64,000 nt of DNA from Guillardia theta CCMP2712 (taxonomy: Eukaryota; Protista; Cryptophyta). A program made the position numbers and the translations under genes. The notes under the pieces were generated by a model. The model did no database searches. It was not told the DNA's origin and worked only from the letters and a program-made list of their open reading frames with translations. Shown piece by piece: positions 41,423 through 53,568 of the stretch. The stretch is taken from assembly GCF_000315625.1 (NCBI RefSeq), contig NW_005434534.1:34115-98114 (forward strand), read 5' to 3'. Position 1 is the first letter of the stretch. Each line of letters starts with the position of its first letter.

Positions 41423-42100
41423 TTAGGCTCGCTTCTCCATTCTTGGTTTCCAGCAGTAGATTCTCTGTGACTTTCGATTCCGATGAGACACATCTTTCTT
41501 TGGTTTTGCGATGACACAGATAGAATGCCTAGACAAATTTTCAGGAAGTGCTTTGCGAGCATCATTCTCCATGGGCACCAGAGGTTCTCTGTCTGAATGC
41601 TGATTGCGAAAGACAAGTGGCCACCTCAAGCCTGAAGGAGACTTGTTTAGAGCAGACTTAGAACCAGCTGATTTCATCTCCTTGATAGACGAATCTTCGT
41701 TTTCAAGCTCGTCGTCAGTGGCTGAGAAATCCTTCATTCCCATTTGTGGGCTAACAACTTCGTCAAAGTAGACAGATTTGAATTCTTCCCTCAACAATTG
41801 CAGTACTCTGTTCTTATCTCGCTTGATTTCAAGGTGATTCAAACCAACAGATGAATTCAGAGATGCTGTCATTTTGAAGGGAGAGAAGTTCAGAGGATAG
41901 CATCCAGCCCGTGGCTGCCTTCTGTTTCCCGTCTGTGTTGAATTCGAATGTTCGATTTGATATGTTCTCATGTTCGCTTCTCTTCTTTCTCTTTCTAGAA
42001 CCTCTATAGGTATGAGCTCTGCATGGTCGCCGGTCATCGTGATACCACAGCCTTGGATGTGTAAGGGTATTGGGGCCTCGTGCGAGCGCCTCTTCTGCAA
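41423..42100 (-). CDS. Hypothetical protein, 'YPxxFSP..EIKxD' family member 1
   Basis: Shares a gap-free ~50-aa motif with three other ORFs in the window; start and 3' end uncertain. Confidence 0.7.
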   Translation of the reverse strand: MQKRRSHEAPIPLHIQGCGITMTGDHAELIPIEVLERERREANMRTYQIEHSNSTQTGNRRQPRAGCYPLNFSPFKMTASLNSSVGLNHLEIKRDKNRVLQLLREEFKSVYFDEVVSPQMGMKDFSATDDELENEDSSIKEMKSAGSKSALNKSPSGLRWPLVFRNQHSDREPLVPMENDARKALPENLSRHSICVIAKPKKDVSHRNRKSQRIYCWKPRMEKRA

Positions 42101-43893
42101 GCAATTTGAAGTAGAGCTGCTGTACAGTTCGATGAAAGCAGCAGCCTAAACAGTGTTGATTAGACGGCAGCTGCTGGAGCAAGACGAAGTAGCTGACTTG
42201 ACACGTCTGAAGCAAGGCAGAAGAATGGAGGAGGAGGAAGTCAGAGCAGAGGAGAGGGAGGGGGCAGGTGCTGACGGAGAGCAGAGCTGGCGGCAAGGGA
42301 GGAGCAGCAGACAGTTGAGGAGGGCGAGGAGTCTTCTTTTTTTTTCAGTTGACCCATCTACCCCCTCTTCCCCACGACCCCGAAGGGGGTAGGGTCGTGT
42401 GCATCTTGAAATGTTGCACAGTTATGATGGGGTAGGGGTAGTCTCAACTTTATACAAAGTTTAGTTAATTCACCCCTCTAATGCCACCCCTACTTCCATT
42501 TCCCTGCTGCCAGATGAGCCCTCAAAACATGCCATCCCCACTCGCTCTCCTCCTCCTCCTCCCCTCGCCTTGTCCTCAGGCAACGGGGCCCTTCTCCTCC
42601 TCTTGCAACATTTCCCCTCCTCTCATCTATCTTCGCCCCCACCCCTTCCTCTTTCCTGGCATGCTCGCAGTTGCAATCAGACGGGATCACTTCCTATGAC
42701 AACACTGGATCGAGAGACACTTGTATGAAGTTATCCTAACATTTTCTCACCCTTCATCAATCAACCTTGCAAATTAGCACACCGACACAAATCCCATCCC
42801 CTCTTCCCCCCTTCCCCCTGACTTTCTCCCTCCCCTGCACTTCCTTCTGCTTGCACTTCCACAAGCTTCCATGGATTAGAAGGCTGCAATATTCATCTAC
42901 CCTATTTCTCCTGGCTCTTCTCCTGCCCCCATTACCTCGAGTATTTCTGTGACAGCTCAGTTGCTGACCTATGAGAAGAGCACACGCAGTTTGTACTTCG
43001 TTCTCTCCTGTGTATCCTTACTAGTAGATTCAATCTGCGATTGCGTTGCCGCTCCAAGGCTTGTCTTGCAAGAGGAGGCTTGTGAACTGACATGAACTTC
43101 GCAAGGTACTCTGCTGCTGCTAACTTAGCAACAGGTCGAGGGATTTGGTGAGGTTGAGTCACTTGTCAATTGAATCAAGGATTCATTTTGATCTCTCAGT
43201 CCTTCAAGAGTCTTCCATGCTGACACAGAACATCAGTTGTCCGATTGTGTTGTAATTTCCGCAATCTGGGCCCTTCAAGGCTTCGGTTGAATGATTCATT
43301 GGCAACCGTAACGACGGTGCTCCGATGATCTGCTGGCCTGGTGCCGCCGCATGCCATGCTTGAATGCCCGCCGCCGCTCAGATCAGCCAAGTTTCGCCGC
43401 ACTGGCGAGTTTCGACAGGCCCTTGAAACGAGTCACTGAGTCGGAGCCGAAGACCCCGGGTGGAGAGTCACGCGGAGTCAGGCTTGATCTTCGGGAGTCA
43501 GCGCATCCTACTAGGCTAGTAGATTCGTGACTGGGTACCGTAGTGTCACTACTGATGACTAGTCGGACGGTGTGACCGTCCGTCCGGTGCCTTGCCAAGT
43601 TGACTGACTCTGAGTACCGCACTGCACGCCCGGTGACTGGCAGTCACTGACTCAGTGAGTGGCACCGTAGCCTACTCAGTGGGCCGGGACCCCGCGGGTA
43701 CTACCGTCCCGTACTAATCGGCGGATCATGGGATGCCGGGCGCCGCGGCGCCGCCGGCCGGGGCCCGGGGCGGCCGGCCCGCGGCTCAGTGGTTGACAGT
43801 GACCAGTGAAACGAGGCTTCAAGGCTTCCGGCGAGAGGAGCGCGCCTCGTGGCGGCACCGGGCCACCCAACTAGCTGAGCGAAGAGTAGTACA

Positions 43894-44897
43894 ATGGCGG
43901 GAAGGAATGTGAAGGCAAAAGGTCAAGGACGTGAGAAGATGCTGGAAGAACTGCGAGAGAAGTGCAGGAGGAGACTGAAAGACGAGAGAAAGAACCTTGT
44001 TGACACGCTCAGAGGATTGGCACAAGGCAAGAATGTGCTGGACATGCACCAGGAACAGCTAGAGGCTGTCAGGGATTTTACGAGAAATCTAATCGAAAGA
44101 GTGAAAATGGACGAGGGTGAGTACCAGGCAGGTCAAGAAGACTGCATGTTTTGCTTGACATTTCCTCACACTCAGGCATAAATGATCAAGAAGTTGGAGC
44201 CTTCAAGTCTACAGCGGAAGCCTATCCTTCGCTTTATGATACCATTTCAACTTCACCAGATGCAACTGTGGAAGAAGGCGATGAAGAAATGCTTACATTC
44301 GAAGAGTACATTGACATGATGACTAAGTTGGAAGAAGAGATGATTCTCGATATTCTCGAGACTGGTATGCGATCATTAGCAAGATTGAGGTTTAACGAGT
44401 TTGCAGAACACAGACAAGCACTCGAATATCTTGGCTATGAGGAAGATGAAGCGTATGATTCCCTTGAAAGTCGTGGTGACGCGGTGAATTCCATACATGT
44501 GTTGATGTTTTGTGGTGATTTTACAATTGACAGGTTGTATGCCCTATCTGCCTCCGCTCAAACATTGAACTATTGTCGAACACATTTTTTTGTGCTTGTG
44601 GTATGTTTTGCTCTCTGGTTTAATTGCTTTGTTTTGACATCTTTCATGCTTGTTCATTGGAAGGTATGAGATTATCTTCCGAAATGGGACAAATATCCTT
44701 GGAAGAGCTGAAAGAGAGCATATCCGAGAGCTACGATGAACATAAAGCAATTTGTGAGCAGAAGCCTTCTTTTTCGATTCAGTCATGTGGAGGTCAAGAT
44801 ATGCTTGTATGATGACGTGAATCAGCGGTTTGAATCTCTAATGATACAACAGGTACTTCAATGCCAGCTTTGTGAATTCATGAAGATCGTGGTGTAA
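43894..44897 (+). CDS. RPAIN: RPA-interacting protein (RIP/RPAIN)
   Basis: LREKCRRRLKDERKNLV at N-terminus; acidic middle; spliced C-terminal zinc region VVCPIC..FFCAC..HKAIC..PSF..QCQLCEFMKIVV*. Confidence 0.8.
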
Positions 44898-46259
44898 TGT
44901 CGCTGGATTTCTCGTATCTACAACTCAAACATCAACGAAAGTTGTGACCTCGCAGGGAGAACGTTGCACGAGTGGATGCCATGGGAAACAATAGTTGTAA
45001 AGGTTCATTTATTTCCAACTTCAATCATTCTTTCCCGACGACATTATCTGCCAATTGCACTTTGTCGCACACGAAAACCTTCAGGAGTCAGCAAATAATC
45101 ACTCACAATTGCAGTCTAAACGACATGACAGTATGTGATAACTTTGCCAAAACAAAAAGGAATTTGGAATAAGAATTGTAAACCTTTAGTGGTATCACTC
45201 TTAAAAACTGATGCGCGGTCAAATTGACTTCAGAAAGATCAGCCCAAGCCATTCCGAGATCGCAGAGATCACTTGTTGATTGATAAGTACAGATCAATTT
45301 TTCACACGACTCTATCTATGTGTATTGTATGTTTGAATTTGTCTATCCCAGTGATCATGCATGGGCTTTATATAGACCAGTGATCATGCATGGGCTTTAC
45401 ATTCAAACAAACAACATTAGTTTTCGCTAATTGTACAACATTTGAACATTAGTTTTCGCTCATTGCACAGTAGTGGGTGAGGTAGGGGTCGCGGTATCGA
45501 TCTTTCATATTGCTACTGTTTGGCTATGCGTGTTGTAAAGTACATTCGTATTTGCATAAATGAAAATACAGAAATCATGACAATACGACAGCAATGAGAT
45601 CTTTTTAATTATGGCCGGGTATGGATAAGTATTGTATTCTTTGCCAACCTGTCGACACCAATGAGATTGTTTCATTTATAGATATGGATATAAGTGTTGT
45701 AGTCTTCGCAACCTGGAACGATACAAACTGTCATGCAACAAGTCCAAGTTTGCAGTGACACTGTATGTGGCAACGGGACTGCAGTATCCTTCTTACTGTA
45801 GTTATCAGCGCAGTATACATACCTGCCTTAGAACAGTTGTTGCATGTGAGCATATCCATATTAGCACCATCATAGCATTGGATGTACAATACTAGAGAAG
45901 TTGAGCATCGATGCTAGGCGCTATCTTTGGAGCTTGTTTTTCAGGCGTTGTGTTGTAGGCCAACATTGTTTATATCAGCTTCAATAGATAACAGGATCTT
46001 CGTCGCAGCGCTTTAAATAGTTCATCATTGTCTCAACAGATTCGGCAATCCTTAGATGCTTGTTTATTATGTTCGACAACAATATATCCAACATGATGGA
46101 ATCCTACTTTGTTAATTCTTATCACTCAAGTCTGCAAGATGCCTGAGCCGGATTCATTGGATTATGGATAGCATGCTCGAATCATACATAATACATAAGT
46201 TGATCTATAGACAGTCACAGCAGGAGAAGTCCACATGATGATACTATTGTGTCTACAAT

Positions 46260-46856
46260 TCAAATGATGATTGGGCTAAGGTATGCCTGTTGTTGAGTAT
46301 TGGACATTAGGAAGGACCAGGGGTTGTGGTCGCATATCCCGAATGACACTGGCTTATCATGACATGTATGCTTCCTCTTTGGCAGCATATGAGTCTGTTT
46401 GACACCTCTCTTCTTTGCTTCATTCCCTGCCTTCGCGTCCATGTTGCCGGCACACCCCCATGTCCCTTCTCCTTGACAGTTGACCCCAGCATTAGAAGTA
46501 TCTGTTGCATTTCCATGAGCATAGATGCCCATACTTGAGTCATAGGCCGACATATTGCTTTCTTCAAAGTAGATAGACTTGAACTCTTGCCTCGTCCTCT
46601 CGCGTATCAATTGAACATCCTCCTTGATTTCATGTTGATCTAGGCAAGTAAAATGAACCTTTGCCCCCGTCATTTTATAGGGAGAGAAGTTAGCTGGATA
46701 CTGTCCAGCCTTCGGCTGCTTACGGTTTACCTTGCCTCGACTGGTTTGCAACACACCTCTATGAGATCTCTTGCTTTTCTTTGATCGTATCGTTGAACAC
46801 CGAGGCCAACCAGGTTTAGGAGCTGCACTTCGGTCATGAGCTCGAGCTTTGCACAT
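46260..46856 (-). CDS. Hypothetical protein, 'YPxxFSP..EIKxD' family member 2
   Basis: QPKAGQYPANFSPYKMT..LDQHEIKED..RQEFKSIYF. Confidence 0.7.
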   Translation of the reverse strand: MCKARAHDRSAAPKPGWPRCSTIRSKKSKRSHRGVLQTSRGKVNRKQPKAGQYPANFSPYKMTGAKVHFTCLDQHEIKEDVQLIRERTRQEFKSIYFEESNMSAYDSSMGIYAHGNATDTSNAGVNCQGEGTWGCAGNMDAKAGNEAKKRGVKQTHMLPKRKHTCHDKPVSFGICDHNPWSFLMSNTQQQAYLSPIII

Positions 46857-48235
46857 CGTGCTGGGAGTGCGACGACTCTGACGCAGTCGTCACCCTTACG
46901 TTGTAGTTAAACAACCAAGAGCATTGAGCTCACGCTCCGTCTTCCTGCCTTTGTCCTCCTGCCGCCATCGCTTGAACCGCTTGATCGCCCTCCGTTGATT
47001 CGCCGGCGAAGTGTATGAAGGAGAATTCGGGGGTGGGGGTGGAGTTGAGGAAGAAATCGTCTTCTGCCAGGGGTGGTACGACTGTGTTTGCAGGGTACAC
47101 GAGAGGATATGGACGGGTGGTCGTTGTTAAGTAACATCCAAGGGGGTGGGGTTATAGTTCATGATGGGTACGGTCCGTTGGTCAGTGAGGGGAAGAGGGT
47201 ACATTGATTTGAAAGTGTTTGGGGTGCTTAGGTGGTGTATGATCGTAGGATGTCCGTAGCTTCATAGGCGTGGGGGGTATACGTCCTATCCAGGTGGGTG
47301 GGGGTGGGAGATTCAATAAAGGGGGTGGGTGGGGTAAAGCAGCAAGCAGTGACAGCATGATGTGTCAATCTGAACTCAATCGATTGAAATCAACGATTCA
47401 GTTCGATTTATTCATTTTTTATCTTTTTTTTGGTTCTAAAACCCTTTTAAGAGCAGATACAGCTTTACCGACTAGAAGTAATTTTAAGTCTAAAAGTGTT
47501 GTAAAAGGCGGGAGGTGAATCGGAGGGACGAGCGGGGATGAGGGGCAAGCATCACGCGGCGCGAAAGGTCAAGGAGGTGACATAAGGCTAAACATGGGGG
47601 GTACCATGTGTGTGCTAGACCATACCCCTAGCCACCCCTACTACCCCCTTACCTGTCACCCTCCACCTGGCCCTTGCTCTTCAACAAACGGTAGGCCGGT
47701 AGACCCGTTAGATACCTGAGGGGGTAGTGGAATCATTCGTGAGGTCCTGGGGGTGGGTGGAGGGCAGAAGGGGTGCATGATGTTTTAAAGATGACGAACT
47801 CTAGTGGTGGCTTACAAGGGGGACTCCGAGGTACGGGTCACCGGAGGCGAGAAACGAGCAAAACAAAGTTCATGGGGTAGGGTACCCATTTGTCCGGGCA
47901 GTTGCAGAGAAGGTAGGGGGTACAGAGAGTGAAGGGGACATGATTCGAGGGTGGGGTGGTGCGGCGGCTTCTCCTCTTGTGCTGCAGCGGGGTCAAGCAG
48001 CTGCCTCGACTTGTCCGGCCGAGGCTCCTCAGCTTTCAGCCCTCTCCTCCTCACTCCCTCGACGACCTCCCTGCCATCGAACGCCAGACAAGTACATCCT
48101 TCTTCTGGTTTCTCTGCCGTCACCTGGCTGGGTTGTCCAACTCTTGAGACCCTGAACGGTTTAAGGTAACACAAGGAGAAATACGACATTTGATCGCCCA
48201 ACTTTTGTAACACAACGAGATCTACATATCAGACG

Positions 48236-48856
48236 ATGTGCGACAACATCCAACCTGTCGCCCTAGATGAGCTAGAACAGGAGCTGTTAATTGGAGAGAG
48301 CGAAAAACACCAAAGCAGTTGTAACGGCCAGAAGCCAAGACGGATCGCCCCTCGCAAGAGATTGCCCAAGCCCGGAAGCTACCCAGATGACTTCTCGCCC
48401 TTCAGGATGACATCCGGTGACGGCATGGTCGTCAGCCTCTCTTACCTAGAGATCAAACGCGACCTGCAGACCATCAACGAGCAGTGTCGCGACATGTTCC
48501 AGTCCGTCTACTACGCTGAGGTGGGTTGCGAGGACATGGAGCAGAGCAGCAAGGGCTCGAAGCCCTGTGCGCTATCGCCAGTGCGAGTACAATCAATCAT
48601 CGCTGCAAGAAGAAGCAGAGGGCCGTGCATGAAGCAGCCGACCTCTAGAGCGGAGGAGACACGGATGATCATGGCAGCGGTCAGGGCTTCGTTGCAGGAG
48701 ATCAGAAGCAGGCAGCAGGAGGACAATATAAGTGATGAAGAGAAGAGTGCTATCATGCGTATGAGGGCGAGCAAGCGACCGAAAGTAGAAGACAAATTCC
48801 CCGGCAACAAAGTTGCTAGTCAATGGATGGATACTTGTAGCTCGATCGTGATTTAA
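48236..48856 (+). CDS. Hypothetical protein, 'YPxxFSP..EIKxD' family member 3 (with UIM-like motif)
   Basis: Uninterrupted ATG ORF; LPKPGSYPDDFSPFRMT..LSYLEIKRD..RDMFQSVYY. Confidence 0.78.
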   Translation: MCDNIQPVALDELEQELLIGESEKHQSSCNGQKPRRIAPRKRLPKPGSYPDDFSPFRMTSGDGMVVSLSYLEIKRDLQTINEQCRDMFQSVYYAEVGCEDMEQSSKGSKPCALSPVRVQSIIAARRSRGPCMKQPTSRAEETRMIMAAVRASLQEIRSRQQEDNISDEEKSAIMRMRASKRPKVEDKFPGNKVASQWMDTCSSIVI

Positions 48857-49559
48857 TCTTTGTGAGTGTGAGTCTACTCTATGGTTAGTTTGTAGATCGT
48901 TAAAGCAGGAAGATGGTTTGTGGAAATGAATTTTGACTGCCATTACAACCCCACACCGCTACACTGAGAGTCAAAGACAGAAGTAGGCACGAGTCTGGAG
49001 TGAGCACGGCCAACTATTCGCACCTGCATTCCTGACATCATCGCCACGGTGTTCCGCAATCACGGGAACAGCGAATCAGAGCTCGTCGCTACTTTGACAA
49101 CAGACCACGTGAGTACAAGCCTATTATCAAGTATGATTGTGTTGAACGCGACGAGATCGGGTTTCACATGCATGGTTCGTTGAATGCATTTGCTACGTTT
49201 CACATCAGTTGTGTTTTTCATTCAGAATTTTTTTTGATTTGTCCACACTTATGAGTTGCAAAGTCATCATCGTGTTTGGACGCTGCCTTAGCATATAATT
49301 TAGAAGGTTTCTTTCTGCATACGGGCATGCAGTATCAGCGAATGTGAATGGTGCTGTATACATATACATACAACAAGCTTGTCGGGAAGTTGTGGTTGTG
49401 CATAACAATGATGTTGTACATCAACACGTTGAGCATGTTTTCATAGCATCTGGGCGTTTTAAGGACATGAAATTAAAGATTCACTTGCAAATAAGTCGGA
49501 AATGCAAAATTTTGAGGCATCAATTGGCTTTGAAGGAATCATTTGCACTTCCACATCTC

Positions 49560-50220
49560 TCTTATGACATCCTGCTCTCCTCTACTTATTATACTCTGCT
49601 TTTCCCTATACCCTCTCCTGTCTCGTTACAATCTTGCTCTACTCACTCCATTCGCTCCTAAGTGCCCTAGTGCCTCGGTGCACGATTATATGCACTACGT
49701 TATTCCCTGAGCACTATTACACGGCTCTAAGCGACACCCTCTGCTCTACTGCACTTGTTGAAAGCTACCTACTGTACTGTACTTTGCTCTACACTAGTGT
49801 AACAAGCACCTCTGCTCTCATCTACTCTACTCCACACCCTGTGCTCGGCTGTGTGTAACTCCACTCTACTCTATTAGATTGCCTCTGCTCTGCTCTGCTC
49901 TGCTCTACACCCTCTGCTCTGCTGTACTACACTGTACCGCTCTACTCGTACACGCTCTGTGTTACTGTACTACACTTGTCTGAACTCCTACACCCTCTGC
50001 TTGGTGCACTTGAAACCTTATTTACTCTGCTATACACCCACTGCTCTTCTGTACCACATCGGCCCGTAAAGACCCGCATGTGCCCTGCTCTATCCCTTCT
50101 GTGTGGCACTATCTTGGTTCTCCTCTACACGCTCTCGTGCTCAAATCTTCTGCTCTACACCCTCTGCTCTGCTCCACTGCTCCCTTAGCTCCCTCAGCTC
50201 CCTAAGCTCCACTGCTCTGA
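49560..50220. repeat. Degenerate pyrimidine-rich low-complexity array (CTCTG/CTACAC-like units)
   Basis: Recurrent CTCTGCTCTAC(AC) words. Confidence 0.75.
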
Positions 50221-52800
50221 TCTGGTGCACATGTTTTAAAAACATGTTTTAGGACGGCTTCGCCTCGTCACGTTACCTCAAATAAAAGTCACGTCCCCTC
50301 CGCGCGCCCTCCCCCAGCCTCCGTCTCCCAATGGACAGATGCGGGGAAAGCTGGACGCGAATGTCTGTAACGCTCATTCATGGCACAATGGAACTAAAAG
50401 CATTCTATGACGTGTGATTGGTTGTGTTTCCAACACCAACATGCCTTCATGTTCCTGGTGTTGGCATATTCATTGCGTCTGCTCTTTTGCCTCTAACTTG
50501 TGGTGCCTCATTCGAATCTTTTTCGCAGACTTTCATTGCAGAGAGGGAGAACATGGTCTTCACTCGAGAACAATGTCTTCACACTCTTAGTAACACAGAT
50601 CGACGTACTTACGATGACTTTGTCTATTACTTTATTGATCGGTTTTCATTTTTGCAAGCTTCTTGAAAGTACATGGGGGAGGCAATTCTGAGAATGTTTG
50701 TTTGTAGGTTTGGATCAGCTCGACACTACAGGTGTGTAGTCCCCAGAGGACAATGAACATCGTTGGGTATGATGTAAGTCGTTCTGAATAATTCAGTTTT
50801 CACTGAATTCTATGAAGCATCTGAGACACAACTTGACCAAAATTATGGGATGAAAGATTGTCTGCCACAACCCGAACTTATCGAAGCTTTACGGGTTGCA
50901 GATGTCTACAGCGAATGCTCAAGGCGCCTCCGCTGGATCAACACAAAGGTGAAGAGTAGAGATGTAAAGTTTATTTGACAACACAAATACACTGTCGATT
51001 CATGGCACATACACAGCAAAGGAAAGGACAGACCACCTTAGCAGTTGTTGACGATCCTTTCATAGTCGAGAAGAACCACCAGGGGTGGTGAGGCTCACGC
51101 ACGAGCGAGCATCCCTCGTGCGTCCGCTTAGATCTGCTGCCTGCTCCTCCTCGAGGTTCAGCCAATCGTACCAGTATGTACACAGTACAGGAGGTACCAC
51201 CCGTACTGGTCACACTCTGTCGCCCAACAGGGGTTGTATTGCAGAGGTCCAGTAGCCGTGAGAGCCCTTGGTGTCCTCACCTCGTGGCTGTACGAGAAGA
51301 CCATAGCTCTGTTGCTGCTCACTCCTGCTCAATAAAATTCCTTCCTGCGGAGGTTTGAGCTCGCCTTCGCAGAGCTCTGATATTGTCATGTCTGTAAGGG
51401 CTAGTGTAAAGTACATATGATACTTCCCAAGGATAGCATGATTGTTTGCAATAAGTAGCAAGAGCTAGAGCTTGTGTGAAATTGTTAGCAGTGGGGCATA
51501 ATCTAAGGTTTTTACTTGAGAGCTGCAGACGTATACAGCAAATGCTAAAAGCGCCTCCACTGAATCGAACAGGAAGGATGCAGCGAGTAAACTGTGAGGC
51601 CGATGTAAATGATGTCTCTCGTTTCCCACATCTCCGTCTTTACGGTGTGATTTTTCCGCTTTCCTTGACATCCCCGCCAACCCCAACCCCAACAAACACG
51701 AGGCCCCTTCTTCGAACCCGATGGTATCCGCGTGGATCTCTCGCTATAGAGCATCGACCAGTAATTTTCTGTTCCATGCTTTAGTGGAGCACACAGCTAT
51801 CACATCACAGTACACGTCCTGCTCCTCAATTCCTTCGACATAGGCGGTCGTGACCTAGAGGAGGAGGCAGCAGCTGCCTCATGGGCCTGACGAGCTCAAG
51901 CCTGCATCCGTCAGCCTCACCCTGCGACCAGGGCTGGAGGCGCAAGTCACAACATGACGGCGGCGAGGGAAGAGTCAAGCATCAGATCGGTCACAATGGC
52001 TCTCGGGATGGAGGGACAGAAAATTTGTTTGTATCAACGAAGAGCCAAATATTTTGCTGTCTTTTGATATTTCGATGGTTCTGAGGCATGCTCATCATTT
52101 TTGAACCGATAGAGGCAAAAGTGAATGTGGGTGGGTGGTCGGGTAGTTGCGGGTAGGGCTCGAGAGGGTGGGTGGGGAGGGAGATTCTGGTGAACTTTGA
52201 CAGACAAGGGGTAGGTAGGGGTAAGTTGTGGAGGGGTGCATCAAACTTTATGTTCCTTGAATTCGTGGGGTGGGGTAGATGTGGAAGATTCTCGAGGATA
52301 CATCAGATGGGGTAGAACTAGCAATCTTTGCTTGAGTAGGGTGGGTGTCATCCCGTCTGGATGGAGTGGGTAGGGGTCATGCTGTCCCTAGTGGGGGTGG
52401 GGGTAGGGTAGATCGATCCGAGCACCAAAAAAACTTCTCCTCTCTTCCTCTTCCTCCCTCTCTTCCTCTCCCCCGCTCCCCCGGTCCGTCTGACCTTGTC
52501 CGCCCCTTGAGATTTACCTCCTCCCTTTCAGTTCTTATCGTCACCCTCTCCTTGCTTTCATGACAAACCTGCTCTGTTGATCTCTACCTGTTTCATAAAC
52601 TGATCGCAGAGCATCCTCTACCAAACTGCTGGAAAGGGTCTCAGGCCCCAGCGATTCATCGTGTTCAATCAGCAGCTAAAAGCAAGCCTATTGCACAGAA
52701 GACGAACTCGTGAACACAAGCTTCTACCTTCCTCTGTTTATAGAGCTCGTCAGCCCTGTTCTAAACTTCAAGGAAAACAAGGAGCCAAACAAACTTTGGG

Positions 52801-53568
52801 GTGTGCAACTCAACCGTGTTCATGACTTACATGGATATCAACATGGACATTGACATGCATTTGAGAAAAAGCGAAGTCAACATGCCACAGCAACCTGTCG
52901 TCATTGATGTCAAAAGTAGCCAGATCGAAAACGCCTCGTATAAACCCGCCGTTGCAGCAGACATTGGCGACAGGGCGATTCAACTGAGCAATGCAGAGTT
53001 GGCTAAGGAAACATCGCAATTGGAACCGAACGAAGCAAGCAAGAGGCCCAGACGGATCGCCCCTCGCAAGAGATTGCCCAAGCCCGGAAGCTACCCAGAT
53101 GACTTCTCGCCCTTCAGGATGACATCCGGTGACGGCATGGTCGTCAGCCTCTCTTACCTAGAGATCAAACGCGACCTGCAGACCATCAACGAGCAGTGTC
53201 GCGACATGTTCCAGTCCGTCTACTACGCTGAGGTGGGTTGCGAGGACATGGAGCAGAGCAGCAAGGGCTCGAAGCCCTGTGCGCTATCGCCAGTGCGAGT
53301 ACAATCAATCATCGCTGCAAGAAGAAGCAGAGGGCCGTGCATGAAGCAGCCGACCTCTAGAGCGGAGGAGACACGGATGATCATGGCAGCGGTCAGGGCT
53401 TCGTTGCAGGAGATCAGAAGCAGGCAGCAGGAGGACAATATAAGTGATGAAGAGAAGAGTGCTATCATGCATATGAGGGCGAGCAAGCGACCGAAAGTAG
53501 AAGACAAATTCCCCGGCAACAAAGTTGCTAGTCAATGGATGGATACTTGCAGCTCGATCGTGATTTAA
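52801..53568 (+). CDS. Hypothetical protein, 'YPxxFSP..EIKxD' family member 4 (recent duplicate of member 3 with a different N-terminus)
   Basis: 53050-53822 nearly identical to 48338-49110. Confidence 0.78.
   Translation: MCNSTVFMTYMDINMDIDMHLRKSEVNMPQQPVVIDVKSSQIENASYKPAVAADIGDRAIQLSNAELAKETSQLEPNEASKRPRRIAPRKRLPKPGSYPDDFSPFRMTSGDGMVVSLSYLEIKRDLQTINEQCRDMFQSVYYAEVGCEDMEQSSKGSKPCALSPVRVQSIIAARRSRGPCMKQPTSRAEETRMIMAAVRASLQEIRSRQQEDNISDEEKSAIMHMRASKRPKVEDKFPGNKVASQWMDTCSSIVI

Noticed and set aside
45345-45715. Short local duplications in AT-rich intergenic DNA
   Set aside because: Two-copy 16-55 bp slippage-type duplications with no further structure or coding signal
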